A stretch of DNA of 64,000 bases from Promethearchaeota archaeon (GCA_048939765.1 JBHLPF010000001.1:1-64000), one strand, 5' to 3'. Counted from the stretch's first letter, positions 38,046 to 48,799 are shown. A program made the numbers and translations. The notes: a model not told the origin generated them from the letters alone.

Positions 38046-38507
38046 CTACCTCAACAAAACGGCAGCTTGGTCAGGACTGTACTTCCAATCTGCATGTAGC
38101 ACATGCTTCTTCCTGTAATATTTCGACAGTCGGTGAATCTTGCTCTCAACAAGCTGAAGGCCACGTTTTGATACAAAGTCGCTTTTGTTCTCCTCTAGAT
38201 GCCTTCGTATCTTTGCAGCCTTGGCAATCATATTGCGAAGATCTTCAGGAACTTGTCTCTGAAGATTGTTCTCAATGATTATATCCATGATCTTCTTCCC
38301 GGTTATCACCTTTACCAGAGGTATTCCATATTGATCTCTAAGCAGCATACCAATCGTCGAGGGGGTATTTCCAGCCTTTGCAAGCTCTACAACCTTATTC
38401 TCTACCCACTCTGCATTTTTCTCCTTATCCAGCCATTCAGGAGTTTGTAGTGTAGAGGGTCGTCTGCTTCCAGACTGCCCTTTGCGGCGTGTGTGCATTC
38501 TTGCCAT
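38046..38507 (-). CDS. rps15: 30S ribosomal protein uS15 (S13e/S15P)
   Basis: MARMHTRRKGQSGSRRP, LRDQYGIP, PEDL, ESKIHRLSKYY. Confidence 0.97.
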   Translation of the reverse strand: MARMHTRRKGQSGSRRPSTLQTPEWLDKEKNAEWVENKVVELAKAGNTPSTIGMLLRDQYGIPLVKVITGKKIMDIIIENNLQRQVPEDLRNMIAKAAKIRRHLEENKSDFVSKRGLQLVESKIHRLSKYYRKKHVLHADWKYSPDQAAVLLR

Positions 38508-38601
38508 TAAGATTGCCTCTGAGTTTCATAAGTCCCAAGAAACCGGGTCAGCCTCACGGCCAATGGCTGTGGATATAAAGATTGCTCAATGACTTGTTCT
38601 A

Positions 38602-39228
38602 TTAGTGATACCTACCACGTTCTCGAATCTCCTCAACTCGAGCCAACACATTGTCTGTTTCATCGGTGTTGATGGTCTTGTAGCCTTCCAGAGCAGCATC
38701 CCACAAAGTCGCTTCAAAATTCCAGTGAGTTGTTTCGAATGCTCGTCGCATCAGATGAAGATCGACTCCTTTCATTTCTACAGTGGCATTCATTTCAGCA
38801 AGTCCAAAGTCGACAATCCATATCTTCCCATCTTGGTTGACTATCACGTTACTGGTAGTAGGGTCGCCATGAACTACGCCCCCCTTGTGTAGTAGACCGA
38901 TTAGCCTCCCGAATTCGCTGGTAATCCTTTGCAGCCTATCAACTGATATCTCATCAACTATCTGTTTGAGCTGTTTGCCTTGGAGGTATTCCATCGCAAT
39001 AGAGTACCTGTGCAAATCGACCCAATACACCGTAGGAGTGGGAACTCCAAGAGCTCTTGCTACTGTCAGCATCTTGCATTCTCTACTCGTTCGGGATGTT
39101 CTCAGAAATTCATCTATCTCCTTCAGTAGGTAGGGTTTCTGCGGACGGTGCTTCAACAGTATTGTATAGCCCCATTGTTTGTATCTGTATATTGTAGACT
39201 CTGCTCCAATGTTCCAAAACTCCATCAT
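38602..39228 (-). CDS. bud32: KEOPS kinase/ATPase Bud32
   Basis: GAES, HGDPTTSN, VDFGL, EIRERGRY. Confidence 0.94.
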   Translation of the reverse strand: MMEFWNIGAESTIYRYKQWGYTILLKHRPQKPYLLKEIDEFLRTSRTSRECKMLTVARALGVPTPTVYWVDLHRYSIAMEYLQGKQLKQIVDEISVDRLQRITSEFGRLIGLLHKGGVVHGDPTTSNVIVNQDGKIWIVDFGLAEMNATVEMKGVDLHLMRRAFETTHWNFEATLWDAALEGYKTINTDETDNVLARVEEIRERGRYH

Positions 39229-40217
39229 GACTTTCTCCACACAATGTCTTGTTCATCTGTACGCCACTTTGGGAGGATTGTGGAGTCTGCAACACTAAGT
39301 CTGTCTCCAGCCTCATACTGAAGAATACCAGTCCATGCAATCATTGCACCTTGATCACCTGCAAGGGAAGGCGTGACTCTATGGAATATTGCATTGTGCC
39401 GTTGTGCGACTCCCGATAGAATATCTGTGAGGCGGTTGTTTCGTGCGACTCCTCCGGTCAAGAGAAGCTCACTCTTCTTCGTATGGGCAATTGCACGCTC
39501 AGCAATTTCAGCAAGCATACCAAATGCTGTTTCCTGGACACTGAAACATGCGTCTGCCAATGGAACCTCCTCAGAAACAAGCCTCTTGGCTGCCGTCAAC
39601 ATCCCGGAATAGCTGATATCCATTCCTTTGACAGAATAAGGTAATTGGTGATATTTCGCAGCGCTGCTAGCTTCTTGTTCTATTAGAGGGCCTGCTGGAA
39701 AACGCATCCCCGCATCTCGACCAAAAGTGTCAAGCATGTTTCCGAGGGCGATATCTAGGGTTTCACCAAATGTGCGATATCGCTTCCCGGCGTAAGCAAT
39801 GATTTGTGTGTTCCCTCCTGAAACATACACAGTCACCGGGTCACTGAAACCAGATTCAAGACGACCTATCTCTATGTGTGCGACGCAGTGATTTACTCCA
39901 ATCAAGGGTACATCTAGTCGTAGAGACAATGTACGTGCAATTGTCGCGGTGGTCCTCAAACATGGTCCAAGACCAGGGCCTCTAGAGAAGGCTATCAGGT
40001 CAATGTCCCCACTTGAGATAGATGCCTTTTCCATTGCGTTTCGAATTATGATTGGGCCTATATCTGAGTGATGACGACTAGCCTCCCGGGGATGTATTCC
40101 ACCTTCTTCTGGAGAGAACATATCCCAGATATTGGATTGTACCTGACCATCACTGGATACTACTCCAGCTCCAAAGGAGTGGGCAGTTCCCTCTATGCCT
40201 AGACAGATAATAGACAT
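39225..40217 (-). CDS. kae1: t6A threonylcarbamoyltransferase Kae1
   Basis: LGIEGTAH, GGIHPRE, GPGLGPCL, NHCVAHIE, VSGGNTQ, GAMIAW. Confidence 0.97.
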   Translation of the reverse strand: MSIICLGIEGTAHSFGAGVVSSDGQVQSNIWDMFSPEEGGIHPREASRHHSDIGPIIIRNAMEKASISSGDIDLIAFSRGPGLGPCLRTTATIARTLSLRLDVPLIGVNHCVAHIEIGRLESGFSDPVTVYVSGGNTQIIAYAGKRYRTFGETLDIALGNMLDTFGRDAGMRFPAGPLIEQEASSAAKYHQLPYSVKGMDISYSGMLTAAKRLVSEEVPLADACFSVQETAFGMLAEIAERAIAHTKKSELLLTGGVARNNRLTDILSGVAQRHNAIFHRVTPSLAGDQGAMIAWTGILQYEAGDRLSVADSTILPKWRTDEQDIVWRKS

Positions 40218-40353
40218 ATTGATTCGATTCCAGTTTGTTTGCATCTCGATTTGTACTTAACATTGACGCGTGATTCAATGCCACGGAAGTTCTCAATTTT
40301 CTCAGCAAAGGCTTTATAATGTTCAGACTTGGCCCTGACCTGAGGAGAAGACA

Positions 40354-40581
40354 GTGTCACAGAATATGCCCATCAAGGCCCTTGAATCCGTTCTCAATGA
40401 TGTCATTTCAATAAAACTAAAGGATCAACGAATCTTCCGAGGACGACTCACTAGGTGTGACATGTACATGAACTTGACATTAGCTGATGCGGAAGAGCTT
40501 GAGAATGAGGAGATTCGAGCCAAATATGGTCAGCTGTTGCTGCGAGGCAATAACATTCTCTGGATTCAGATTCCCGAATAA
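40354..40581 (+). CDS. Sm/Lsm-like protein (SmAP)
   Basis: G.L...D.YMNLTL.DAEE...LRGNNI. Confidence 0.92.
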   Translation: MSQNMPIKALESVLNDVISIKLKDQRIFRGRLTRCDMYMNLTLADAEELENEEIRAKYGQLLLRGNNILWIQIPE

Positions 40582-40599
40582 AGTCCTCTCGATTTCCTT

Positions 40600-42675
40600 T
40601 TAACGCTCGATTTCGCGTTGGTATCGTTCAACGAGTTCGACAAGCTCGTCCTCGCCTTTCTGGCGTGCCTTCTCACGTACTCTGGTAATGAATGATTGAA
40701 GCTGTGTTTCAAACTTCTTTCTACTAATGAATGCAAACTCATCGACCCTCTGCAATTCAACTTCTTCTGCATTTATGACGGGAATTACAGATTGTACCAG
40801 CTCTTCTTCTGACAAGTGCGACAAGGGAGTGTCTACAATCACTGCCCGAATGCCACGATCAATCAGCAGCCCTGCCGTTTGAGGCCCACCACCGCTAGCA
40901 TCCTCGAAAAGAACGATGTCGCCAGGCTTCAAGCCCACATTCTGGATATATTCCTCTATACTTTCTCTTGTGAAATGAGGAACTGACTTAATGGCAAGCA
41001 TATCACCCCGAATCTCACGGCGTTTTACACCCCTGAGATTCTCTAAACGTTTCTTCAGTTGCTCGATTTCTTTCTTGAGGCTCTTCACCTCGCGTCTCGA
41101 CTGTTCGAGTTCATTGTCTTTCTTCACAACTTCCCGATCTCGCTTGACTTTCCAGTAGTTCTCTTTTGAAATGATATCCAAGCTGTCTGTCAGTTCACTC
41201 TCTCGAAATTGTAAGAACTCTACAAAACGCTCTAGATCTTCAACTCTCTCGCTAAGTACAATATTCTCAGCCTCGGTTTCTGCTTGCTTGGTGAGAAGTG
41301 AATCGAATCGTTCCTGTGTAAGCGGTTCCTCCTCCCTAATAGGCTCTGGAGCAATCTCAACCTCTTTCGACTCCTCATGAAGAAGGCTGGCCATGGCCTC
41401 TTTCATTGACATTCCCTTGATAACCAATGCTTTCAATTGATTTCTATCCACAGGAAGCTGTTCATCACGAATCTTTCGATCTATCTGCTGAAGCTTTGGC
41501 TGGATATTTCGAAATGCATACACTGCGGCTGTGAGAGCATCTCGCTCGTGAGCATTTCGTATCTTGAAACCATCAGAAAACTCCCTTGCTAGCTCCTGTT
41601 TATCTGAAACTGGAATTTCGCGCCTTGGGGCATATAGCTCTGCATTCACAGTGCTTGCTATCTTCTTCACGAAGTGGGGTACAGGAGTGACATCTGTCGC
41701 AACCATTACAGGAATTCCTTGTTCATACACCTGCCTAATGATGTCAGCTCTCGTCAGCGACTTCCCACTCACAAGTCGGTGTATCTTTCCATCCAGTGTC
41801 AGCATGCATATTGCTGCTGTAGATCCTGGATCAATTCCTAAGATAAAGTACCTTGGTCCTAAGGCACTGGTAATGGGTTTTGGTTCAAGAGGGAGGAATT
41901 CAACTCTCTTTCTAACCGGCGATATGAGTACCTTGAAATCTCCAGCATGTTTTGATTCAATCAATGAGCGAATATTTGGTAGAGGCGCGTATGCGATTAT
42001 TCGGGCACTTGCGTAGCCAAAATCAGAGCTTCTAATATCAATGTCATAGTCGATCTTTACGGTCTTCAGTTGCTCTTCAATGTGTCTTGTCATTTGCTGA
42101 ATCTGTGAGTGAACCTTACGCCTGAAACGATTTGCACTCTGACCGCCTCGACCAGGTTTTCTACCACGAGCCACCTTAATCTCAGTCTGCTCTCCAAAAC
42201 ATTCCAGACTGTGTCCGATTCCCATCATGGCCAACTGTGCTGCAAGATGAGCGGATTCGAGAGGTGTTGGTTTTCCACGAACGCCTAATCCATGCCTCTT
42301 TGCAAGTCTCTTCAAAGACACTTGACGAGGTGGCACTCCCGTCACCTGAACCATTCGAGTTTCTGCCGGTATTTTATCAACAAGACGGAAGAGAGATTTG
42401 CTATCAGGCGCAATTTCAAAGATATTATCAGTGCATAGCCATTTGGGACTAATCTCTCGGACCAATTTCAAAAGCGTTCCACGAGATATCTCAGGATACT
42501 CGTTGAGAAGAACTCCTCCATGCATAATCGTGCATGCGAACTTTGGACTCCTCTTAGACTTTGGACTTTGGCCGGGAAGGATGTCAAATCCCATTATGAA
42601 TACGCTTTCATCGCCCATGGGCTCTGCACTCGATTGGTCGTTCGTTGTTGTGGCTATAAGGATTGACATCGGCAT
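40600..42675 (-). CDS. DUF460-domain protein (RNase H-like folds plus coiled coil)
   Basis: GFDI.PG.S, GRGGQS..RFRR, LGIDPG, ATDV.P.P, N.HERDAL.AA. Confidence 0.88.
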   Translation of the reverse strand: MPMSILIATTTNDQSSAEPMGDESVFIMGFDILPGQSPKSKRSPKFACTIMHGGVLLNEYPEISRGTLLKLVREISPKWLCTDNIFEIAPDSKSLFRLVDKIPAETRMVQVTGVPPRQVSLKRLAKRHGLGVRGKPTPLESAHLAAQLAMMGIGHSLECFGEQTEIKVARGRKPGRGGQSANRFRRKVHSQIQQMTRHIEEQLKTVKIDYDIDIRSSDFGYASARIIAYAPLPNIRSLIESKHAGDFKVLISPVRKRVEFLPLEPKPITSALGPRYFILGIDPGSTAAICMLTLDGKIHRLVSGKSLTRADIIRQVYEQGIPVMVATDVTPVPHFVKKIASTVNAELYAPRREIPVSDKQELAREFSDGFKIRNAHERDALTAAVYAFRNIQPKLQQIDRKIRDEQLPVDRNQLKALVIKGMSMKEAMASLLHEESKEVEIAPEPIREEEPLTQERFDSLLTKQAETEAENIVLSERVEDLERFVEFLQFRESELTDSLDIISKENYWKVKRDREVVKKDNELEQSRREVKSLKKEIEQLKKRLENLRGVKRREIRGDMLAIKSVPHFTRESIEEYIQNVGLKPGDIVLFEDASGGGPQTAGLLIDRGIRAVIVDTPLSHLSEEELVQSVIPVINAEEVELQRVDEFAFISRKKFETQLQSFITRVREKARQKGEDELVELVERYQREIER

Positions 42676-42726
42676 AGAAGCGCACTAGCAGAAAGAGTAT
42701 ACACAAACAACAAGTATAATAAAGAC

Positions 42727-43047
42727 TTGCTTGAGCAACAGGCTAACTCATGCGAGGTGTTACTACTGTCTGAAACACTGCAAGTTGACAAGGACGACGC
42801 TATTGAACGCATTGGACGAGCGCTTTCATCTGGAACTAGGCTGAAGATACTCAAACTCCTTCTGCAAGGTGAGAAGGATGTGACGCGAGTGGCACGACAC
42901 CTCGGGGGAACAGAGGCGAATGCCAGTGCCCAAATCAAGATACTCTACGAAGCGGGCCTGCTGGAGTGCCGTTACGAACCCGGGCAACATGGTCTGAAGA
43001 AGATATCAAAGACAAAAGTCAAACGCATCATAATTGATTTGGAATAG
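42727..43047 (+). CDS. ArsR-family HTH transcriptional regulator
   Basis: RALSSGTRLKILKLL...VA..LG...ANAS.QIKIL.EAGLL; start uncertain. Confidence 0.85.
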   Translation: MLEQQANSCEVLLLSETLQVDKDDAIERIGRALSSGTRLKILKLLLQGEKDVTRVARHLGGTEANASAQIKILYEAGLLECRYEPGQHGLKKISKTKVKRIIIDLE

Positions 43048-43059
43048 TGATTTCCCTTT

Positions 43060-43088
43060 AACCTCATCCGGAAATGCTGGGTGAGGTT
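43060..43088. terminator. 12-bp hairpin between convergent genes
   Basis: aacctcatccgg-aaatg-ctgggtgaggtt followed by pyrimidines. Confidence 0.6.
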
Positions 43089-43111
43089 CTTGCTTCTTTC
43101 ATCCTGACATT

Positions 43112-43627
43112 CTAGGTGGTGAGGTGTGCTTTCCATCTTCGAATTCGTTCAAGGATATTGTCTCGTTCTTCTGGTCGAATTCCCTTTTTGCCTCTGGCGT
43201 GGAGAAATTTCAGTACTACATCAATGTCCCGTACGACCTTCTCATTGGCCGAATGTTCTTGAATAAGATACTCTTTAGCAGCTTCAAGGTATTCTGCTAT
43301 GACCTTGGCATGTGCCTCTCCAGTCTGTAGTTCCTGTGCTATAGGATCAAGAACAATCGAAACATTCTCATTTGTCAGAGAAGTGCCTGCTGATTCTTCC
43401 GTTGGCAAGCTTGTAGCTAATATTGAATCATCTGTATCTTTCCTTTTGGTTGTAGTCGAAGCCTTAGAGAATGTGGGAGCGGGCGAAAGTGAGGGACTAG
43501 ATTCAAAATTCTCATCTGCTAAATCCAATTGACGCCTGAGCTCGTGGAGCTGGTCAAATAGCTCTACAAGTCCAGATTGTATGGTGTCGATGATCTTCTT
43601 AATATCTTCAAGGTTTTTGTCAGACAA
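43112..43627 (-). CDS. Hypothetical protein (coiled coil, S/T-rich linker, helical domain)
   Basis: 171-aa ORF with clear tripartite composition. Confidence 0.7.
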   Translation of the reverse strand: MSDKNLEDIKKIIDTIQSGLVELFDQLHELRRQLDLADENFESSPSLSPAPTFSKASTTTKRKDTDDSILATSLPTEESAGTSLTNENVSIVLDPIAQELQTGEAHAKVIAEYLEAAKEYLIQEHSANEKVVRDIDVVLKFLHARGKKGIRPEERDNILERIRRWKAHLTT

Positions 43628-43732
43628 ACGCAGGGCCCCCGCATGTCCAGTAGATGCTTTGAAGAGAGCTAATGTTTTTTCTTTTTGACTGTTGTGGGAA
43701 TAGCCTCTGGTTGGAGATTGCCATGTATCATT

Positions 43733-45247
43733 CTATTTGTCGGCTTTTTTCAGCGCCTCAGATAGACCTTGGTTGAGTCCGGATGGTTCAAAGTGCCTCT
43801 TTCGAATCTTGACAAATGTAGGAACCGAAACTGTTTCTCCTACAAAGAGGGCCTCCCCAACTTCGAGAGTGGTTATGGTGTCCAATGACGCTCGATCAAT
43901 GCCTTCACTACTGCGCCCAATATGTTCGAGGTCGTATGGATTCGTTGCTCTGAGGATAGCCTGATTGCTGCACTGACTCAATACGGTCGTCGAGAGTTTG
44001 ACAGGTCGTTGTGAAACCAAACAGAGCAATGCAAAGAACTTGCGTCCTTCCCGTGCTATGGTTTCAATTCGACCTTTAGGAAGGGCAAGCTCATGTCGAC
44101 TCTCAGGACAGAACTGATGGGCTTCTTCCAAGACCAATAGAAAAGGAGGAATTGAACCACGACGCCTGAGAAACATGAGCTCACTCACCAAATGAGACAC
44201 GACGATTTGCTTTTTCTTTAGACTGATGAAGTCGCTCAAATCGATGAGGGTTAGCTTCCCAGGTTTAACGATGTTCTTGAGATTTGGTATACCTTCCTTG
44301 CCAAATAGACCGGTTTCTTCTAGATTGACAAGCCATCCTACAAGAGCCTCTCTTGTGTTCTTGCTGATAGTTTCGTCAGTCCTGACATAGTCAATGATAT
44401 CACCAAGTGTATAGCCATTCTTTGAGCCCTTGCGTATTATTGAAACTACTCGTCTCAAATCACGAACTTGAATGGCACTCATGTCAGCCACCAAAGACCC
44501 TATGGCTTCAGCTGTCAGGGATTGCACTGGAATCTGGATGTGTGACGCTCGAATATGCTCTACATCGATTTCGAGTTCCGTCACACCCAACATGTCACTT
44601 GCGAGATCCTTAAGGTAGGTGTATTCTCCATGCACGTCAACAACAATCACTGCCAGCCTACCTTGTTCCTTCGTACGTGCTAACAGCTCTTCAAGAAGAA
44701 CAGAAACAAAGTAAGACTTCCCCGCACCACTCATAGCTAATATGGCAAGATGCTTTGAGAGAAGCCGGTTGATAGATGGCTTGAACTCCAGACTGTGATG
44801 AGCCAGATTACCCAAATTAAGACCATCCGTGTCATCAAGATTCAGAAAGGCGGTCAGCACTTCACTGTCTGCCTTGCGCACTCGTGCTCCAGGAGATACG
44901 GCGAAGTATGGGCGGACTGACCTGTGTTCTGACCACAAGCCAAGGACTTGGGCTCTAGCAATGGTATATTGCCAGCGGTCAGTGGGAAAGATTGAGCGGA
45001 GAGGCTCTCCTCTGGATTGGTATTCTCTTACAGCCTCTGCATGCTGGTAATATCGGTTGACTCTCACCAGGTCCTGTACTCTGGCAATGATTATTTGATT
45101 GCCATTTGCTACTGAAACAAATTCTCCCCGTCTTACTACCAGCTCATGAGCTTCTCCTTCAACAACGAAAGAGAACTCCATGACGTTAGGTGAATCTTGT
45201 TCGCAGATGACTGTGCCAATTGGCGTGAATGACGATAATTCAGGCAA
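43733..45247 (-). CDS. herA: HerA-family helicase/ATPase
   Basis: HAS barrel; HLAILAMSGAGKS, DVHGEY, LEEAHQF, REGRKF, SQRP. Confidence 0.93.
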   Translation of the reverse strand: MPELSSFTPIGTVICEQDSPNVMEFSFVVEGEAHELVVRRGEFVSVANGNQIIIARVQDLVRVNRYYQHAEAVREYQSRGEPLRSIFPTDRWQYTIARAQVLGLWSEHRSVRPYFAVSPGARVRKADSEVLTAFLNLDDTDGLNLGNLAHHSLEFKPSINRLLSKHLAILAMSGAGKSYFVSVLLEELLARTKEQGRLAVIVVDVHGEYTYLKDLASDMLGVTELEIDVEHIRASHIQIPVQSLTAEAIGSLVADMSAIQVRDLRRVVSIIRKGSKNGYTLGDIIDYVRTDETISKNTREALVGWLVNLEETGLFGKEGIPNLKNIVKPGKLTLIDLSDFISLKKKQIVVSHLVSELMFLRRRGSIPPFLLVLEEAHQFCPESRHELALPKGRIETIAREGRKFFALLCLVSQRPVKLSTTVLSQCSNQAILRATNPYDLEHIGRSSEGIDRASLDTITTLEVGEALFVGETVSVPTFVKIRKRHFEPSGLNQGLSEALKKADK

Positions 45248-45250
45248 ATA

Positions 45251-46408
45251 TTAACCTCCAAATGGGCTTCTTGAACGTCTTCTCTCAAGTGTCGCATAGG
45301 TGAGGCCGGATAGAGCCATCAAACGATCAACAATAAGCTGTGTTTCTTTGTTACTGATTCGTGCTCGTGCATCTGCTTCCAGCACAGGAGTAGGAATTCC
45401 ATACTCAGGATGTTGCCAAGAGAGAGGAAGAATAGCTGAGAGAGCCCTGTCTATCTGTGCAGACCCATTGCTTTCATCAACAAGAATCTCTATTCTGATA
45501 GGGAGATCATCACGAGCAGCCTTCAAGTATGTGACCCAAATCGAAGAGGCCCAATTCGAAAGATCATCTGAGAGCGCATTTGTGTTTTGCATTAGCTCAG
45601 CAGAATACTTGAAGGCGAACGTCCGTTCACCCTCCTCGAGGAATGTGTCAAGGAGGTCACAGTCTCTAGAGAATTTGAGGAGCCACCGGTAGTCAACTCC
45701 TTGCATCATTTCGAAGATGCCTGGATTGCGTAGAACATGCGGAAGAATATCACTTAGGATACTGACTATACGAGTTGACCGGCTATCCTTTACTATCCCT
45801 GCTAGAATTGTTCTCTTTTCTCTGGCCTTATGATAGAGTTGCCTATACAGAGCCACTACTTCCTGAAACTTCTCAAAGACAGCTGATCCGATGTTTGGCC
45901 GGTCTCGTGGATGATAGAACAGGGACCCATCCACTAGAATCAGGTCAACATAGAAATCATCGAGAATAGATAGGGTGACTCCTAATTCTGCGGCAATGCG
46001 TTCAAGGGATCCAAGTTGGTCAAGTTCTGGACTCGGTAACGTAAGCATCACTGGTCTGATAGTAGGCTCAGGAAAAGCACGTGGAAAGAAGTCCACGGTG
46101 GGGCCTTCTTCTGGACCGAATTGAAAGACCACTGCTATGCCGCGGGTGAGTATCAAATCCATCGATCTGAACCGCCTTCTAATAAGACCCCCATCAACTC
46201 CTGCAATTCTCAGTCCGGACAGATCTGTGGGCTCAATCATCTTGGAGAATTGTGTTTCCACAGCGTCTGCTGTAAGTGCGGGATACCGACCCAAATCCAG
46301 CTCTCCTTTGATCCGCGATAGAACAGATCCAAACCGCTTTCTAGTGTCCTCAATACGTTCTATCTCTTCGACCAAAATGGTAAGCATTGAGTCAAGGTTA
46401 TGGTCCAC
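45251..46408 (-). CDS. nurA: NurA-family nuclease
   Basis: AGVDGG, LVDGS, GIVKD, YGIP..VLEAD; adjacent to herA. Confidence 0.88.
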   Translation of the reverse strand: MDHNLDSMLTILVEEIERIEDTRKRFGSVLSRIKGELDLGRYPALTADAVETQFSKMIEPTDLSGLRIAGVDGGLIRRRFRSMDLILTRGIAVVFQFGPEEGPTVDFFPRAFPEPTIRPVMLTLPSPELDQLGSLERIAAELGVTLSILDDFYVDLILVDGSLFYHPRDRPNIGSAVFEKFQEVVALYRQLYHKAREKRTILAGIVKDSRSTRIVSILSDILPHVLRNPGIFEMMQGVDYRWLLKFSRDCDLLDTFLEEGERTFAFKYSAELMQNTNALSDDLSNWASSIWVTYLKAARDDLPIRIEILVDESNGSAQIDRALSAILPLSWQHPEYGIPTPVLEADARARISNKETQLIVDRLMALSGLTYATLERRRSRSPFGG

Positions 46409-48084
46409 TACGCTTTCCCTCTCTGTTTCTTGTATTCAAGAGCGGCTCTAATAAGGCCCAAGTAGAGAGGGTGTGGAGAGTCTGGACGAGACTTGAACTC
46501 CGGATGGAATTGAACACCTATCCAAAAAGGATGGTCGACCAGTTCCACAGCATTGATAATCTCACCGCTGGTATCGTACGCAGAAACAATCAATCCTTGT
46601 TCCTTCATTCTGTTGACGTACCTGTCGATGAGATGGAATCGGTGTCTGAACCTCTCCCTAGTGGTTGTCTTTCCATAAATGCTGTGAAGCTTTGTTCCCT
46701 TTAGAATCGAAACCTCATGACCACCCAAACGCATTGTCCCGCCCTTGTCATTTACGCTCTTTTGTTCGTCCATTAGGTCTATAACAGGATAGAGACTGTC
46801 TGCATCTACTTCTGTGGTATGTGCACCTTTCCAGTCCATCATTTTCCTTGCAAAAGCCACAGTTCCTAGCTGAGCGCCATAGCAGATTCCTAGTAACGGA
46901 ATCTCAAGGTCAAAGGTCAATGTAGCGGCACAAATCATGCCTTCGACTCCACGTTCACCAAATCCTGGTGTCAAGAGAACTCCATCTACATCCTGCAAGT
47001 CCTCACGAAGACTTGCCTCATCACAACGCTCTTCAGTTTCAATCCACTTGATTGTCACTCGAGCACCGCACGCTGCAGAAGCATGAGACAACGCCTCATT
47101 GATGCTCTTGTAGGAATCACTGAGCGACGTATATTTGCCGGGCATTGCAATGGTTATACTATCATGAGGAGATTCAAATGTCTTGACCATTTCATGCCAT
47201 TGCTCGGTATCAGGCACATGGTTTTCTAGACCTAAATGATTGGTTAAGATGCCTCCGAGACCTTGATCCTCAAATGATAAGGGCAGTCGATAAATAACCG
47301 GTATATCAGGATTGGAAATAACTCTGTTCACAGGAACGTTGCAGAAAAGAGCAATCTTGCTCTCTGCCGAAGGAGGCAACTCTTTTTCGGCTCGGCAAAT
47401 TATTACATCAGGTTGAAGACCAAGGCCTTGAAGAGTCCTAACACTGTGTTGGGTTGGTTTGGTCTTGAACTCTCCAACAGAGCCTATGTAGGGAACAAGT
47501 GTCACATGCACAAGAGCAACTCTTTCATGACCAACTTCACTGACCAACTGACGAACTGCCTCAAGAAATGGCATTGCTTCGATATCCCCTGCGGTACCTC
47601 CTATTTCCACCAGCAGTACATCGGGTTTCTGTTCCTCTACGACTTTCCAGATTCGGTGTTTTATCCTGTCTGTAACATGAGGGATTATCTGAACGGTTCT
47701 GCCCAGAAAGCTCCCTTTTCGTTCTCCTAGGATTACTGAGGTATAAATTTGACCTGATGTGATGTTTTGAGAAGGATGAACTTCCATCCCAGTAAACCGT
47801 TCGTATGTACCAAAATCCAAGTCAATCTCAGAGATTATGAACTCAAATCCTTCTGCGGGACAAAACGCCCATGGCTGATCTGTTACAAACACCTCGCCAT
47901 GTTCAACAGGGTTCAATGTTCCGGGATCAATGTTTAGGTAGGGATCTATTTTCATTATGCCGATTTTGTATCCTCGAAATTGGAAGAGCTTTGCAATTGA
48001 TGCTGTTGTGACACCTTTCCCAATCCCGGAGAGTACGCCCCCTGTAACAAAAACAAAGCGGGTCTGGTCTTGATTCGTGTTCAA
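46408..48084 (-). CDS. pyrG: CTP synthase
   Basis: TGGVLSGIGKG, KIDPYLN, KTKPTQHSV, GICYG, QFHPEF. Confidence 0.97.
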   Translation of the reverse strand: MNTNQDQTRFVFVTGGVLSGIGKGVTTASIAKLFQFRGYKIGIMKIDPYLNIDPGTLNPVEHGEVFVTDQPWAFCPAEGFEFIISEIDLDFGTYERFTGMEVHPSQNITSGQIYTSVILGERKGSFLGRTVQIIPHVTDRIKHRIWKVVEEQKPDVLLVEIGGTAGDIEAMPFLEAVRQLVSEVGHERVALVHVTLVPYIGSVGEFKTKPTQHSVRTLQGLGLQPDVIICRAEKELPPSAESKIALFCNVPVNRVISNPDIPVIYRLPLSFEDQGLGGILTNHLGLENHVPDTEQWHEMVKTFESPHDSITIAMPGKYTSLSDSYKSINEALSHASAACGARVTIKWIETEERCDEASLREDLQDVDGVLLTPGFGERGVEGMICAATLTFDLEIPLLGICYGAQLGTVAFARKMMDWKGAHTTEVDADSLYPVIDLMDEQKSVNDKGGTMRLGGHEVSILKGTKLHSIYGKTTTRERFRHRFHLIDRYVNRMKEQGLIVSAYDTSGEIINAVELVDHPFWIGVQFHPEFKSRPDSPHPLYLGLIRAALEYKKQRGKA

Positions 48085-48205
48085 GAATGATTCCTCATGT
48101 TCTTGACCCCGTCATATTCTACGGCTCAAGACTATGCGTCGCTGCTACGTGAGGTCGTATAAATCGTTCGTTACAGATGCGTATTTTGCGCCCTTCTGAT
48201 TCATA

Positions 48206-48784
48206 TTAAATTGGCTTTGTGAGAACACTTGCACGCATAGCGTTTCCAAAGAGATGCTGAAATGCCTCTAGGATGTTGAAGCCATCCTTGGCTATGCTTT
48301 TGAACACAGGGACGGCTCGCGGAAGTCTTAGGTGCTGCCGTATTTCGTCTTCTTGAACTGCTCCTGGAAGATCCTGCTTGTTGAGGCAGACAACTATTGG
48401 CAGGGGTCGCTCCTCCTCCGCCACCAATGCCACCAGCTCGTTCCAACTTGCCTGATTCTCTTGCAACAGGTGTTCCTGAGAATCGACCATGAAAACGACT
48501 CCATCTGCACCTACAAGGACCACTTCTCTAGTTGACCTATAGAAGTCTTGACCAGTTGCTGACCATACATGAGCGTTGATCTTCCAGCTGTCCCCTAATG
48601 CAAATGGAATTGTGCCAAAGTCGCAGAACATAGTCCTACCCACAGTGTTCTCAATGGATGTCAGTTTGTCTGCATAATCAAGGCTTGAGAAGAGCCATCG
48701 TATGGCAGTGGTTTTGCCACTCATTGCAGGGCCAAAGAACACTATTTTGAGACCGACCGTACGAGTACCATAGTCTATAATCAT
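48206..48784 (-). CDS. MglA-like small GTPase
   Basis: G1 GPAMSGKTT, G2 GRTMFCDF, G3 SATGQ, G4 NKQD. Confidence 0.9.
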   Translation of the reverse strand: MIIDYGTRTVGLKIVFFGPAMSGKTTAIRWLFSSLDYADKLTSIENTVGRTMFCDFGTIPFALGDSWKINAHVWSATGQDFYRSTREVVLVGADGVVFMVDSQEHLLQENQASWNELVALVAEEERPLPIVVCLNKQDLPGAVQEDEIRQHLRLPRAVPVFKSIAKDGFNILEAFQHLFGNAMRASVLTKPI

Positions 48785-48799
48785 CCCTTCACTCCCTGA

